From: Eledone cirrhosa
Taxonomy: Eukaryota
Assembly (NCBI GenBank): GCA_964016885.1
Contig: OZ024742.1
Span: 204,910,001 to 204,974,000, forward strand
DNA: 64,000 nucleotides
Direction of reading: 5' to 3'
Below, piece by piece: positions 23,301 through 38,300 of the stretch; position 1 is the first letter of the stretch; each line of letters begins with the position of its first letter. The notes beneath the pieces were generated by a model. The model was not told the origin of the DNA. It saw nothing but the letters and a program-made list of their open reading frames with translations, and did not search any database. The translations under genes and the position numbers were made by a program.

Positions 23301-26300
23301 CTGGGACAGTAGATAGACTGTTTGCCTGGGACAGTTCATAGACATTGTAACTGGGACATTACATAGACTGTCTGACTGGGACAGTAGATAGACAGTCTGA
23401 CTGAGACAGTTGATAGACTGTCTTCCAGGGACAGTTCATAGACAGTCTAACTGGGACATTAGATAGACTGTCTGACTGGGACAGTTCATAGACAGTCTAA
23501 CTGGGACATTAGATAGCCTGTCTGACTGGGACAGTAGAAAGCCTGTCTGACTGGGACAGTAGATAGACTGTCTGACTGGGACAGTTGATAGACTGTCTGA
23601 CTGGGACTCTTGATAGACTGTCTAACTGGGACAGTTCATAGAAATTTTTAACAGGGACAGTTCTTAGACAGTCTAACTGGGACATTAGATAGACTCTCTG
23701 ACTGGCACAGTAGATAGACTGTCTGACTGTGACAGTTGATAGACAGCCTGGCTGGAACAGTTGATAGACTGTCTGACTGGGACAGTAGATAGACTGTCTG
23801 ACTGGGACAGTAGATAGACTGTGTGACTGTGACAGTAGATAGACTGTGTGACTGTGACAGTATATAGAATGTCTGCCTGGGACAGTTCATAGACAGTCTA
23901 ACTGGGACATTAGATAGACAGTCTGACTGGGACAGTAGATAGACTGTCTTACTGGGACAGTAGATAGACTGTGACAGTTGATAGCCTGTCTGCCTGGGAC
24001 AGTGCATAGACAGTCTAACTGGGACAACAGATAGACTGTCTGACTGGGACAGTAGATAGACAGTATGACTGGGACAGTAGATAGACAGTCTGGTTGAGAC
24101 ACTAGGTAGACAATTATGAAAGGTAAATAATTTTATGTAAGACTTATATCCTTTTGTTTGTGTGTCTGCTTCTCCATGTTTTCTATCTATATTTGTCTGT
24201 TTATCCAGTAGATAGACTGTCTGACTCTGACAGTTGAAAGACAGTCTGACTGGGATAGTATATAGACTGTCTGACTGGGACAGTAGATAGACAGTGTGAC
24301 TTGAACAGTAGATAGACTGTCTAACTGGAACAGTAGATAGACTCTCTGCCTGGGACAGTTCATAGACAGTCTACCTAAAACATTAGATAGACTGTCTGAC
24401 TGGGACAGTAGATAGACTGTGTGACTGGGACAGTTGCGAGACTGTCTGACTGGGATAGCGGATAGACTGTCTAACTGGGACATTAGATACACTGTCTGAC
24501 TTGGACAGTAGATAGACTGCCTGACTGTGATAGTTGATAGACAGTCTGACTGAGACACTAGGTAGACAATTATGAAAGGTAAATAATTTTATGTAAGACT
24601 TATGTCCTTTTGTTTGTGTGTCTGCTTCTCCATGTTTTCTATCTATATTTGTCTGTTTATCCAGTAGATAGACTGTCTGACTGTGACAGTTGATAGACCA
24701 TCTGACTGGGATAGTATATAGACTGTCTGACTGGGATGGTAGATAGACAGTGTGACTGGAACAGTAGATAGACAGTCTAACTGGGACAGTAGATAGACTG
24801 TCTAACTGGAACAGTAGATAGACTGTGTGACAGTAGATAGACTCTCTGTCTGGGACAGTTCATACAAAGTCTACCTGGGATATTAGATAGACTGTCTGAC
24901 TGATACAGTAGATGGACTGTCTGACTGGGATAGTAGATAGACTGTTTGATTGGGACAGTAGTTAGACAGTTTGACTGGGACAGTAGATAGACAGTCTGGC
25001 TGGGACAGTAGATACACTGTCTGACTGGGACAGTAGATAGACAGTCTAACTGGGACAGTAGATAGACAGTCTAATTGGAACAGTAGATAGACTATGTGAA
25101 TGGGACAGTTGATAGACAGTCTAACTGGAACAGTAGATAAACTGTCTAACTGGAACAGTAGATAGACTGTCTAACTGGAACAGTAGATGGACAGTCTAAC
25201 TGGGACAGTAGATAGACAGTCTAGCTGGGACAGTTGATAGACAGTCTAACTGGAACAGTAGATAGACTGTCTAACTGGAACAGTAGATAGACTGTCTAAC
25301 TGGAACAGTAGATAGACTGTCTAACTGGAACAGTAGATAGACAGTCTAACTGGGACAGTAGATAGACAGTCTAACTGGAACAGTAGATAGACTGTCTAAT
25401 TGGAACAGTAGATAGACTATCTGAATGGGACAGTTGATAGACAGTCTAACTGGAACAGTAGATAAACTGTCTAACTGGAACAGTAGATAGACTGTCTAAC
25501 TGGAACAGTAGATAGTCTATCTGACTGGGACAGTCGATAGGCTGTCTGTCTGGGACTGTTGATAGACAGTTTAACTGGGACAGTAGATAGACTGTCTGAC
25601 TGGGACAGTAGATAGACTGTTTGACTGGGACAGTTCATAGACAGTCTAACTGGGACATTAGATAGACTGTCGGACTGAGACAGTAGATAGACTGTCTGAC
25701 TGGGACAGTAGGTAGATAGTCTCACTGTGACAGTAGATAGACAGTCTGACTGGGAGAGTTGATAGACTGTCTGACTGACAGTTGATAGACTGTCTGACTG
25801 ACAGTTGATAGACTGTCTGACTGACAGTTCATAGACAGTCTAACTGGGGCATTAGATAGACTGTCTGACTGGACCAGTAGATAAACTGTCTGACTGAGAC
25901 AGTTGATAGACTGTGACTGGGACAGTTGATAGACAGTTCAACTGGGACAGTAGATAGACTGTCTAACTGGAACAGTAGATAGACTGTCTAACTGGAACAG
26001 TAGATAGACGGTCTAACTGGAACAGTAGATAGACTGTCTAACTGGAACAGTAGATAGACGGTCTAACTGGAACAGTAGATAGACTATGTGACTGGGACAG
26101 TTGATAGACAGTTTAACTGGGACAGTAGATACTCTGTCTGACTGGGACAGCGGCTAGACTGTCTAACTGGTACAGTTCATAGAAAGTTTAACTGGGACAG
26201 TTCATAGACAGTCTAACTGGGACATTAGATGGACTCTCTGACTGGGACAGTAGATAGACTGTTTGACTGTGACAGTTGATTGACAGCCTGACTGGGACAG

Positions 26301-29300
26301 TAGATAGATTGTCTGCTTGGGAGGGTTCATATACAGTCTAACTGGGATATTACATAAACTGTCTGACTGGGACAGTAGATAGACTGTCTGACTGAGACAG
26401 TCAATAGACTGTGTGACTGGGACAGTTGATAGACAGTTTAACTGGGACAGTAGATAGACAGTCTGACTGGGACGGTAGATAAACCATCTGACTGGGACAG
26501 TTAATAGACTGTCTGTCTGGGACAGTTCATACACAATCTACCTGGGACATTAGATAGACTTCTGACTGTGTCAGTAGATAGACTATATGACTGAGACAGT
26601 TTATAGACTGTCTGACTGGGACAGTAGATAGACTGTCTAACTGGAACAGTAGATCGACTGTCTGTTTGGGACAGTTCACAGACAGTGTAACTGGGACAGT
26701 TCATAGACAGTGTAACTGGGACATTAGTTAGACTGTCTGACTGGCACATTAGATAGACTGTCTGACTGAGACAGTTCATAGACAGTCTGACTGGGACAGT
26801 TGATAGACTGTCTGACTGGGACAGTAGATAGACTGTTTGCCTGGGACAGTTCATAGACATTGTAACTGGGACATTACATAGACTGTCTGACTGGGACAGT
26901 AGATAGACAGTCTGACTGAGACAGTTGATAGACTGTCTTCCTGGGACAGTTCATAGACAGTCTAACTGGGACATCAGATAGACTGTCTGACTGGGACAGT
27001 TCATAGACAGTCTAACTGGGACATTAGATAGCCTGTCTGACTGGGACAGTAGAAAGCCTGTCTGACTGGGACCGTAGATAGACTGTCTGACTGGGACAGT
27101 TGATAGACTGTCTGACTGGGACTCTTGATAGACTGTCTAACTGGGACAGTTCATAGAAATTTTTAACAGGGACAGTTCTTAGACAGTCTAACTGGGACAT
27201 TAGATAGACTCTCTGACTGGGACAGTAGATAGACTGTTTGACTGTGACAGTTGATTGACAGCCTGACTGGAACAGTTGATAGACTGTCTGACTGGGACAG
27301 TAGATAGACTGTCTGCTTGGGACAGTTCAGAGACAGTCTAGCTGGGACATTAGATAGACTTCTGACTGGCCCAGTAGACAGACTGACTGAGACAGTTTAT
27401 AGACTGTCTGACTGGGACACTTGATAGACTGTCTGACTGGGACAGTAGATAGCCTGTCTAACTGGGACAGTAGATCGACTATCTGTTTGGGACAGTTCAT
27501 AGACAGTGTAACTGGGACAGTTCATAGATAGTGTAACTGGGACATTAGTTAGGCTGTCTGACTGGGACATTAGATAGACTGTCTGACTGGGTCAGTCGAT
27601 AGCCTGTCTGACTGAGACAGTTCATAGACAGTCTGACTGGGACAGTTGATAGACTGTCTGACTGGGACAGTAGATAGACTGTTTGCCTGGGACAGTTCAT
27701 AGACAGTGTAACTGGGACATTGGTTAGACTGTCTGACTGGGACAGTCTATAGACAGTCTGACTGGGACAGTTGATAGGCTGTCTGACTGAGACAGTTGAT
27801 AGACTGTCTGACTGGGACAGTTCATAGACAGTCTAACTGGGACATTAGATAGACTATCTGACTGGGACAGTTCATAGACAGTCTAACTGGGACATTAGAT
27901 AGACTGTCTGACTGGGACAGTTCATAGACAGTCTAACTGAGGCATTAGATAGACTGTCTGACTGGGCCAGTAGATAGCCTGTCTGACTGGAACAATAGAT
28001 AGACTGTCTGACTGGAACAATAGATAGACTGTCTGACTGGGACAGTTCATAGACAGTCTAACTGGGACATTAGATAGACTCTCTGACTGGGACAGTAGAT
28101 AGACTGTTTGACTGGGACAGTAGATAGACTGTTTGACTGTGACAGTTGATTGACAGCCTGACTGGAACAGTTGATAGACTGTCTGACTGGGACAGTAGAT
28201 AGACTGTATGCTTGGGACAGTTCATAGACAGTCTAACTGGGATATTACATAAACTGTCTGACTGGGACAGTAGATAGACTGTCTGACTGAGACTATCAAT
28301 AGAATGTGTGACTGGGACAGTTGATAGACAGTTTAAGTGCGACAGTAGATAGACTGTCTGACTGGGACGGTAGATAAACCATATGACTGGGACAGTAGAT
28401 AGACTGTCTGCCTGGGACAGTTCATAGACAATCTACCTGGGACATTAGATAGACTTCTGACTGTGCCAGTAGATAGACTATCTGACTGAGACAGTTTATA
28501 GACTGTCTGACTGGGACAGTAGATAGACTGTCTGACTGGGACAGTTGATAGACTGTCTGACTGGGACTCTTGATAGACTGTCTAACTGGGACAGTTCATA
28601 GAAATTTTTAACAGGGACAGTTCTTAGAGAGTCTAACTGGGACATTAGATAGACTCTCTGACTGGCACAGTAGATAGACTGTCTGACTGTGACAGTTGAT
28701 AGACAGCCTGGCTGGAACAGTTGATAGACTGTCTGACTGGGACAGTAGATAGACTGTCTGACTGGAACAGTAGATAGACTGTGTGACTGTGACAGTAGAT
28801 AGACTGTGACTGTGACAGTATATAGAATGTCTGCTTGGGACAGTTCATAGACAGTCTAACTGGGACAGTAGATAGACTGTGACAGTTGATAGCCTGTCTG
28901 CCTGGGACAGTGCATAGACAGTCTAACTGGGACAACAGATAGACTGTCTGACTGGGACAGTAGATAGACAGTATGACTGGGACAGTAGATAGACAGTCTG
29001 GTTGAGACACTAGGTAGACAATTATGAAAGGTAAATAATTTTATGTAAGACTTATATCCTTTTGTTTGTGTGTCTGCTTCTCCATGTTTTCTATCTATAT
29101 TTGTCTGTTTATCCAGTAGATAGACTGTCTGACTGTGACAGTTGATAGACCATCTGACTGGGATAGTATATAGACTGTCTGACTGGGATGGTAGATAGAC
29201 AGTGTGACTGGAACAGTAGATAGACAGTCTAACTGGGACAGTAGATAGACTGTCTAACTGGAACAGTAGATAGACTGTGTGACAGTAGATAGACTCTCTG

Positions 29301-32300
29301 TCTGGGACAGTTCATACAAAGTCTACCTGGGATATTAGATAGACTGTCTGACTGATACAGTAGATGGACTGTCTGACTGGGATAGTAGATAGACTGTTTG
29401 ATTGGGACAGTAGTTAGACAGTTTGACTGGGACAGTAGATAGACAGTCTGGCTTGGACAGTAGATACACTGTCTGACTGGGACAGTAGATAGACAGTCTA
29501 ACTGGGACAGTAGATAGACAGTCTAACTGGAACAGTAGATAGACTGTCTAATTGGAACAGTAGATAGACTATGTGAATGGGACAGTTGATAGACAGTCTA
29601 ACTGGAACAGTAGATAAACTGTCTAACTGGAACAGTAGATAGACTGTCTAACTGGAACAGTAGATAGTCTATCTGACTGGGACAGTCGATAGGCTGTCTG
29701 TCTGGGACTGTTGATAGACAGTTTAACTGGGACAGTAGATAGACTGTTTGACTGGGACAGTTCATAGACAGTCTAACTGGGACATTAGATAGACTGTCGG
29801 ACTGAGACAGTAGATAGACTGTCTGACTGGGACAGTAGGTAGATAGTCTCACTGTGACAGTAAATAGACAGTCTGACTGGGAGAGTTGATAGACTGTCTG
29901 ACTGACAGTTGATAGACTGTCTGACTGACAGTTGATAGACTGTCTGACTGACAGTTCATAGACAGTCTAACTGGGGCATTAGATAGACTGTCTGACTGGA
30001 CCAGTAGATAAACTGTCTGACTGAGACAGTTGATAGACTGTGTGACTGGGACAGTTGATAGACAGTTCAACTGGGACAGTAGATAGACTGTCTAACTGGG
30101 ACAGTAGATAGACAGTCTAGCTGGGACAGTTGATAGACAGTCTAACTGGAACAGTAGATAGACTGTCTAACTGGAACAGTAGATAGACTGTCTCACTGGA
30201 ACAGTAGATAGACTGTCTAACTGGAACAGTAGATAGACTGTCTAACTGGAACAGTAGATAGACGGTCTAACTGGAACAGTAGATAGACTATGTGACTGGG
30301 ACAGTTGATAGACAGTTTAACTGGGACAGTAGATACACTGTCTGACTGGGACAGCGGCTAGACTGTCTAACTGGTACAGTTCATAGAAAGTTTAACTGGG
30401 ACAGTTCATAGACAGTCTAACTGGGACATTAGATGGACTCTCTGACTGGGACAGTAGATAGACTGTTTGACTGTGACAGTTGATTGACAGCCTGACTGGG
30501 ACAGTAGATAGATTGTCTGCTTGGGAGGGTTCATATACAGTCTAACTGGGATATTACATAAACTGTCTGACTGGGACAGTAGATAGACTGTCTGACTGAG
30601 ACAGTCAATAGACTGTGTGACTGGGACAGTTGATAGACAGTTTAACTGGGACAGTAGATAGACAGTCTGACTGGGACGGTAATAAACCATCTGACTGGGA
30701 CAGTTAATAGACTGTCTGTCTGGGACAGTTCATAGACAATCTACCTGGGACATTAGATAGACTTCTGACTGTGTCAGTAGATAGACTATATGACTGAGAC
30801 AGTTTATAGACTGTCTGACTGGGGCAGTAGATAGACTGTCTAACTGGAACAGTAGATCGACTGTCTGTTTGGGACAGTTCACAGACAGTGTAACTGGGAC
30901 AGTTCATAGACAGTGTAACTGGGACATTAGTTAGACTGTCTGACTGGCACATTAGATAGACTGTCTGACTGAGACAGTTCATAGACAGTCTGACTGGGAC
31001 AGTTGATAGACTGTCTGACTGGGACAGTAGATAGACTGTTTGCCTGGGACAGTTCATAGACATTGTAACTGGGACATTACATAGACTGTCTGACTGGGAC
31101 AGTAGATAGACAGTCTGACTGAGACAGTTGATAGACTGTCTTCCTGGGACAGTTCATAGACAGTCTAACTGGGACATTAGATAGACTGTCTGACTGGGAC
31201 AGTTCATAGACAGTCTAACTGGGACATTAGATAGCCTGTCTGACTGGGACAGTAGAAAGCCTGTCTGACTGGGACAGTAGATAGACTGTCTGACTGGGAC
31301 AGTTGATAGACTGTCTGACTGGGACTCTTGATAGACTGTCTAACTGGGACAGTTCATAGAAATTTTTAACAGGGACAGTTCTTAGACAGTCTAACTGGGA
31401 CATTAGATAGACTCTCTGACTGGCACAGTAGATAGACTGTCTGACTGTGACAGTTGATAGACAGCCTGGCTGGAACAGTTGATAGACTGTCTGACTGGGA
31501 CAGTAGATAGACTGTCTGACTGGGACAGTAGATAGACTGTGTGACTGTGACAGTAGATAGACTGTGTGACTGTGACAGTATATAGAATGTCTGCCTGGGA
31601 CAGTTCATAGACAGTCTAACTGGGACATTAGATAGACAGTCTGACTGGGACAGTAGATAGACTGTCTTACTGGGACAGTAGATAGACTGTGACAGTTGAT
31701 AGCCTGTCTGCCTGGGACAGTGCATAGACAGTCTAACTGGGACAACAGATAGACTGTCTGACTGGGACAGTAGATAGACAGTATGACTGGGACAGTAGAT
31801 AGACAGTCTGGTTGAGACACTAGGTAGACAATTATGAAAGGTAAATAATTTTATGTAAGACTTATATCCTTTTGTTTGTGTGTCTGCTTCTCCATGTTTT
31901 CTATCTATATTTGTCTGTTTATCCAGTAGATAGACTGTCTGACTCTGACAGTTGAAAGACAGTCTGACTGGGATAGTATATAGACTGTCTGACTGGGACA
32001 GTAGATAGACAGTGTGACTTGTACAGTAGATAGACTGTCTAACTGGAACAGTAGATAGACTCTCTGCCTGGGACAGTTCATAGACAGTCTACCTAAAACA
32101 TTAGATAGACTGTCTGACTGGGACAGTAGATAGACTGTGTGACTGGGACAGTTGCGAGACTGTCTGACTGGGATAGCGGATAGACTGTCTAACTGGGACA
32201 TTAGATACACTGTCTGACTTGGACAGTAGATAGACTGCCTGACTGTGATAGTTGATAGACAGTCTGACTGAGACACTAGGTAGACAATTATGAAAGGTAA

Positions 32301-35300
32301 ATAATTTTATGTAAGACTTATGTCCTTTTGTTTGTGTGTCTGCTTCTCCATGTTTTCTATCTATATTTGTCTGTTTATCCAGTAGATAGACTGTCTGACT
32401 GTGACAGTTGATAGACCATCTGACTGGGATAGTATATAGACTGTCTGACTGGGATGGTAGATAGACAGTGTGACTGGAACAGTAGATAGACAGTCTAACT
32501 GGGACAGTAGATAGACTGTCTAACTGGAACAGTAGATAGACTGTGTGACAGTAGATAGACTCTCTGTCTGGGACAGTTCATACAAAGTCTACCTGGGATA
32601 TTAGATAGACTGTCTGACTGATACAGTAGATGGACTGTCTGACTGGGATAGTAGATAGACTGTTTGATTGGGACAGTAGTTAGACAGTTTGACTGGGACA
32701 GTAGATAGACAGTCTGGCTGGGACAGTAGATACACTGTCTGACTGGGACAGTAGATAGACAGTCTAACTGGGACAGTAGATAGACAGTCTAATTGGAACA
32801 GTAGATAGACTATGTGAATGGGACAGTTGATAGACAGTCTAACTGGAACAGTAGATAAACTGTCTAACTGGAACAGTAGATAGACTGTCTAACTGGAACA
32901 GTAGATGGACAGTCTAACTGGGACAGTAGATAGACAGTCTAGCTGGGACAGTTGATAGACAGTCTAACTGGAACAGTAGATAGACTGTCTAACTGGAACA
33001 GTAGATAGACTGTCTAACTGGAACAGTAGATAGACGGTCTAACTGGAACAGTAGATAGACGGTCTAACTGGAACAGTAGATAGACTATGTGACTGGGACA
33101 GTTGATAGACAGTTTAACTGGGACAGTAGATACACTGTCTGACTGGGACAGCGGCTAGACTGTCTAACTGGTACAGTTCATAGAAAGTTTAACTGGGACA
33201 GTTCATAGACAGTCTAACTGGGACATTAGATGGACTCTCTGACTGGGACAGTAGATAGACTGTTTGACTGTGACAGTTGATTGACAGCCTGACTGGGACA
33301 GTAGATAGATTGTCTGCTTGGGAGGGTTCATATACAGTCTAACTGGGATATTACATAAACTGTCTGACTGGGACAGTAGATAGACTGTCTGACTGAGACA
33401 GTCAATAGACTGTGTGACTGGGACAGTTGATAGACAGTTTAACTGGGACAGTAGATAGACAGTCTGACTGGGACGGTAATAAACCATCTGACTGGGACAG
33501 TTAATAGACTGTCTGTCTGGGACAGTTCATAGACAATCTACCTGGGACATTAGATAGACTTCTGACTGTGTCAGTAGATAGACTATATGACTGAGACAGT
33601 TTATAGACTGTCTGACTGGGGCAGTAGATAGACTGTCTAACTGGAACAGTAGATCGACTGTCTGTTTGGGACAGTTCACAGACAGTGTAACTGGGACAGT
33701 TCATAGACAGTGTAACTGGGACATTAGTTAGACTGTCTGACTGGCACATTAGATAGACTGTCTGACTGAGACAGTTCATAGACAGTCTGACTGGGACAGT
33801 TGATAGACTGTCTGACTGGGACAGTAGATAGACTGTTTGCCTGGGACAGTTCATAGACATTGTAACTGGGACATTACATAGACTGTCTGACTGGGACAGT
33901 AGATAGACAGTCTGACTGAGACAGTTGATAGACTGTCTTCCTGGGACAGTTCATAGACAGTCTAACTGGGACATTAGATAGACTGTCTGACTGGGACAGT
34001 TCATAGACAGTCTAACTGGGACATTAGATAGCCTGTCTGACTGGGACAGTAGAAAGCCTGTCTGACTGGGACAGTAGATAGACTGTCTGACTGGGACAGT
34101 TGATAGACTGTCTGACTGGGACTCTTGATAGACTGTCTAACTGGGACAGTTCATAGAAATTTTTAACAGGGACAGTTCTTAGACAGTCTAACTGGGACAT
34201 TAGATAGACTCTCTGACTGGCACAGTAGATAGACTGTCTGACTGTGACAGTTGATAGACAGCCTGGCTGGAACAGTTGATAGACTGTCTGACTGGGACAG
34301 TAGATAGACTGTCTGACTGGGACAGTAGATAGACTGTGTGACTGTGACAGTAGATAGACTGTGTGACTGTGACAGTATATAGAATGTCTGCCTGGGACAG
34401 TTCATAGACAGTCTAACTGGGACATTAGATAGACAGTCTGACTGGGACAGTAGATAGACTGTCTTACTGGGACAGTAGATAGACTGTGACAGTTGATAGC
34501 CTGTCTGCCTGGGACAGTGCATAGACAGTCTAACTGGGACAACAGATAGACTGTCTGACTGGGACAGTAGATAGACAGTATGACTGGGACAGTAGATAGA
34601 CAGTCTGGTTGAGACACTAGGTAGACAATTATGAAAGGTAAATAATTTTATGTAAGACTTATATCCTTTTGTTTGTGTGTCTGCTTCTCCATGTTTTCTA
34701 TCTATATTTGTCTGTTTATCCAGTAGATAGACTGTCTGACTCTGACAGTTGAAAGACAGTCTGACTGGGATAGTATATAGACTGTCTGACTGGGACAGTA
34801 GATAGACAGTGTGACTTGTACAGTAGATAGACTGTCTAACTGGAACAGTAGATAGACTCTCTGCCTGGGACAGTTCATAGACAGTCTACCTAAAACATTA
34901 GATAGACTGTCTGACTGGGACAGTAGATAGACTGTGTGACTGGGACAGTTGCGAGACTGTCTGACTGGGATAGCGGATAGACTGTCTAACTGGGACATTA
35001 GATACACTGTCTGACTTGGACAGTAGATAGACTGCCTGACTGTGATAGTTGATAGACAGTCTGACTGAGACACTAGGTAGACAATTATGAAAGGTAAATA
35101 ATTTTATGTAAGACTTATGTCCTTTTGTTTGTGTGTCTGCTTCTCCATGTTTTCTATCTATATTTGTCTGTTTATCCAGTAGATAGACTGTCTGACTGTG
35201 ACAGTTGATAGACCATCTGACTGGGATAGTATATAGACTGTCTGACTGGGATGGTAGATAGACAGTGTGACTGGAACAGTAGATAGACAGTCTAACTGGG

Positions 35301-38300
35301 ACAGTAGATAGACTGTCTAACTGGAACAGTAGATAGACTGTGTGACAGTAGATAGACTCTCTGTCTGGGACAGTTCATACAAAGTCTACCTGGGATATTA
35401 GATAGACTGTCTGACTGATACAGTAGATGGACTGTCTGACTGGGATAGTAGATAGACTGTTTGATTGGGACAGTAGTTAGACAGTTTGACTGGGACAGTA
35501 GATAGACAGTCTGGCTTGGACAGTAGATACACTGTCTGACTGGGACAGTAGATAGACAGTCTAACTGGGACAGTAGATAGACAGTCTAACTGGAACAGTA
35601 GATAGACTGTCTAATTGGAACAGTAGATAGACTATGTGAATGGGACAGTTGATAGACAGTCTAACTGGAACAGTAGATAAACTGTCTAACTGGAACAGTA
35701 GATAGACTGTCTAACTGGAACAGTAGATAGTCTATCTGACTGGGACAGTCGATAGGCTGTCTGTCTGGGACTGTTGATAGACAGTTTAACTGGGACAGTA
35801 GATAGACTGTTTGACTGGGACAGTTCATAGACAGTCTAACTGGGACATTAGATAGACTGTCGGACTGAGACAGTAGATAGACTGTCTGACTGGGACAGTA
35901 GGTAGATAGTCTCACTGTGACAGTAAATAGACAGTCTGACTGGGAGAGTTGATAGACTGTCTGACTGACAGTTGATAGACTGTCTGACTGACAGTTGATA
36001 GACTGTCTGACTGACAGTTGATAGACTGTCTGACTGACAGTTCATAGACAGTCTAACTGGGGCATTAGATAGACTGTCTGACTGGACCAGTAGATAAACT
36101 GTCTGACTGAGACAGTTGATAGACTGTGTGACTGGGACAGTTGATAGACAGTTCAACTGGGACAGTAGATAGACTGTCTAACTGGGACAGTAGATAGACA
36201 GTCTAGCTGGGACAGTTGATAGACAGTCTAACTGGAACAGTAGATAGACTGTCTAACTGGAACAGTAGATAGACTGTCTCACTGGAACAGTAGATAGACT
36301 GTCTAACTGGAACAGTAGATAGACTGTCTAACTGGAACAGTAGATAGACGGTCTAACTGGAACAGTAGATAGACTATGTGACTGGGACAGTTGATAGACA
36401 GTTTAACTGGGACAGTAGATACACTGTCTGACTGGGACAGCGGCTAGACTGTCTAACTGGTACAGTTCATAGAAAGTTTAACTGGGACAGTTCATAGACA
36501 GTCTAACTGGGACATTAGATGGACTCTCTGACTGGGACAGTAGATAGACTGTTTGACTGTGACAGTTGATTGACAGCCTGACTGGGACAGTAGATAGATT
36601 GTCTGCTTGGGAGGGTTCATATACAGTCTAACTGGGATATTACATAAACTGTCTGACTGGGACAGTAGATAGACTGTCTGACTGAGACAGTCAATAGACT
36701 GTGTGACTGGGACAGTTGATAGACAGTTTAACTGGGACAGTAGATAGACAGTCTGACTGGGACGGTAATAAACCATCTGACTGGGACAGTTAATAGACTG
36801 TCTGTCTGGGACAGTTCATAGACAATCTACCTGGGACATTAGATAGACTTCTGACTGTGTCAGTAGATAGACTATATGACTGAGACAGTTTATAGACTGT
36901 CTGACTGGGGCAGTAGATAGACTGTCTAACTGGAACAGTAGATCGACTGTCTGTTTGGGACAGTTCACAGACAGTGTAACTGGGACAGTTCATAGACAGT
37001 GTAACTGGGACATTAGTTAGACTGTCTGACTGGCACATTAGATAGACTGTCTGACTGAGACAGTTCATAGACAGTCTGACTGGGACAGTTGATAGACTGT
37101 CTGACTGGGACAGTAGATAGACTGTTTGCCTGGGACAGTTCATAGACATTGTAACTGGGACATTACATAGACTGTCTGACTGGGACAGTAGATAGACAGT
37201 CTGACTGAGACAGTTGATAGACTGTCTTCCTGGGACAGTTCATAGACAGTCTAACTGGGACATTAGATAGACTGTCTGACTGGGACAGTTCATAGACAGT
37301 CTAACTGGGACATTAGATAGCCTGTCTGACTGGGACAGTAGAAAGCCTGTCTGACTGGGACAGTAGATAGACTGTCTGACTGGGACAGTTGATAGACTGT
37401 CTGACTGGGACTCTTGATAGACTGTCTAACTGGGACAGTTCATAGAAATTTTTAACAGGGACAGTTCTTAGACAGTCTAACTGGGACATTAGATAGACTC
37501 TCTGACTGGCACAGTAGATAGACTGTCTGACTGTGACAGTTGATAGACAGCCTGGCTGGAACAGTTGATAGACTGTCTGACTGGGACAGTAGATAGACTG
37601 TCTGACTGGGACAGTAGATAGACTGTGTGACTGTGACAGTAGATAGACTGTGTGACTGTGACAGTATATAGAATGTCTGCCTGGGACAGTTCATAGACAG
37701 TCTAACTGGGACATTAGATAGACAGTCTGACTGGGACAGTAGATAGACTGTCTTACTGGGACAGTAGATAGACTGTGACAGTTGATAGCCTGTCTGCCTG
37801 GGACAGTGCATAGACAGTCTAACTGGGACAACAGATAGACTGTCTGACTGGGACAGTAGATAGACAGTATGACTGGGACAGTAGATAGACAGTCTGGTTG
37901 AGACACTAGGTAGACAATTATGAAAGGTAAATAATTTTATGTAAGACTTATATCCTTTTGTTTGTGTGTCTGCTTCTCCATGTTTTCTATCTATATTTGT
38001 CTGTTTATCCAGTAGATAGACTGTCTGACTCTGACAGTTGAAAGACAGTCTGACTGGGATAGTATATAGACTGTCTGACTGGGACAGTAGATAGACAGTG
38101 TGACTTGTACAGTAGATAGACTGTCTAACTGGAACAGTAGATAGACTCTCTGCCTGGGACAGTTCATAGACAGTCTACCTAAAACATTAGATAGACTGTC
38201 TGACTGGGACAGTAGATAGACTGTGTGACTGGGACAGTTGCGAGACTGTCTGACTGGGATAGCGGATAGACTGTCTAACTGGGACATTAGATACACTGTC

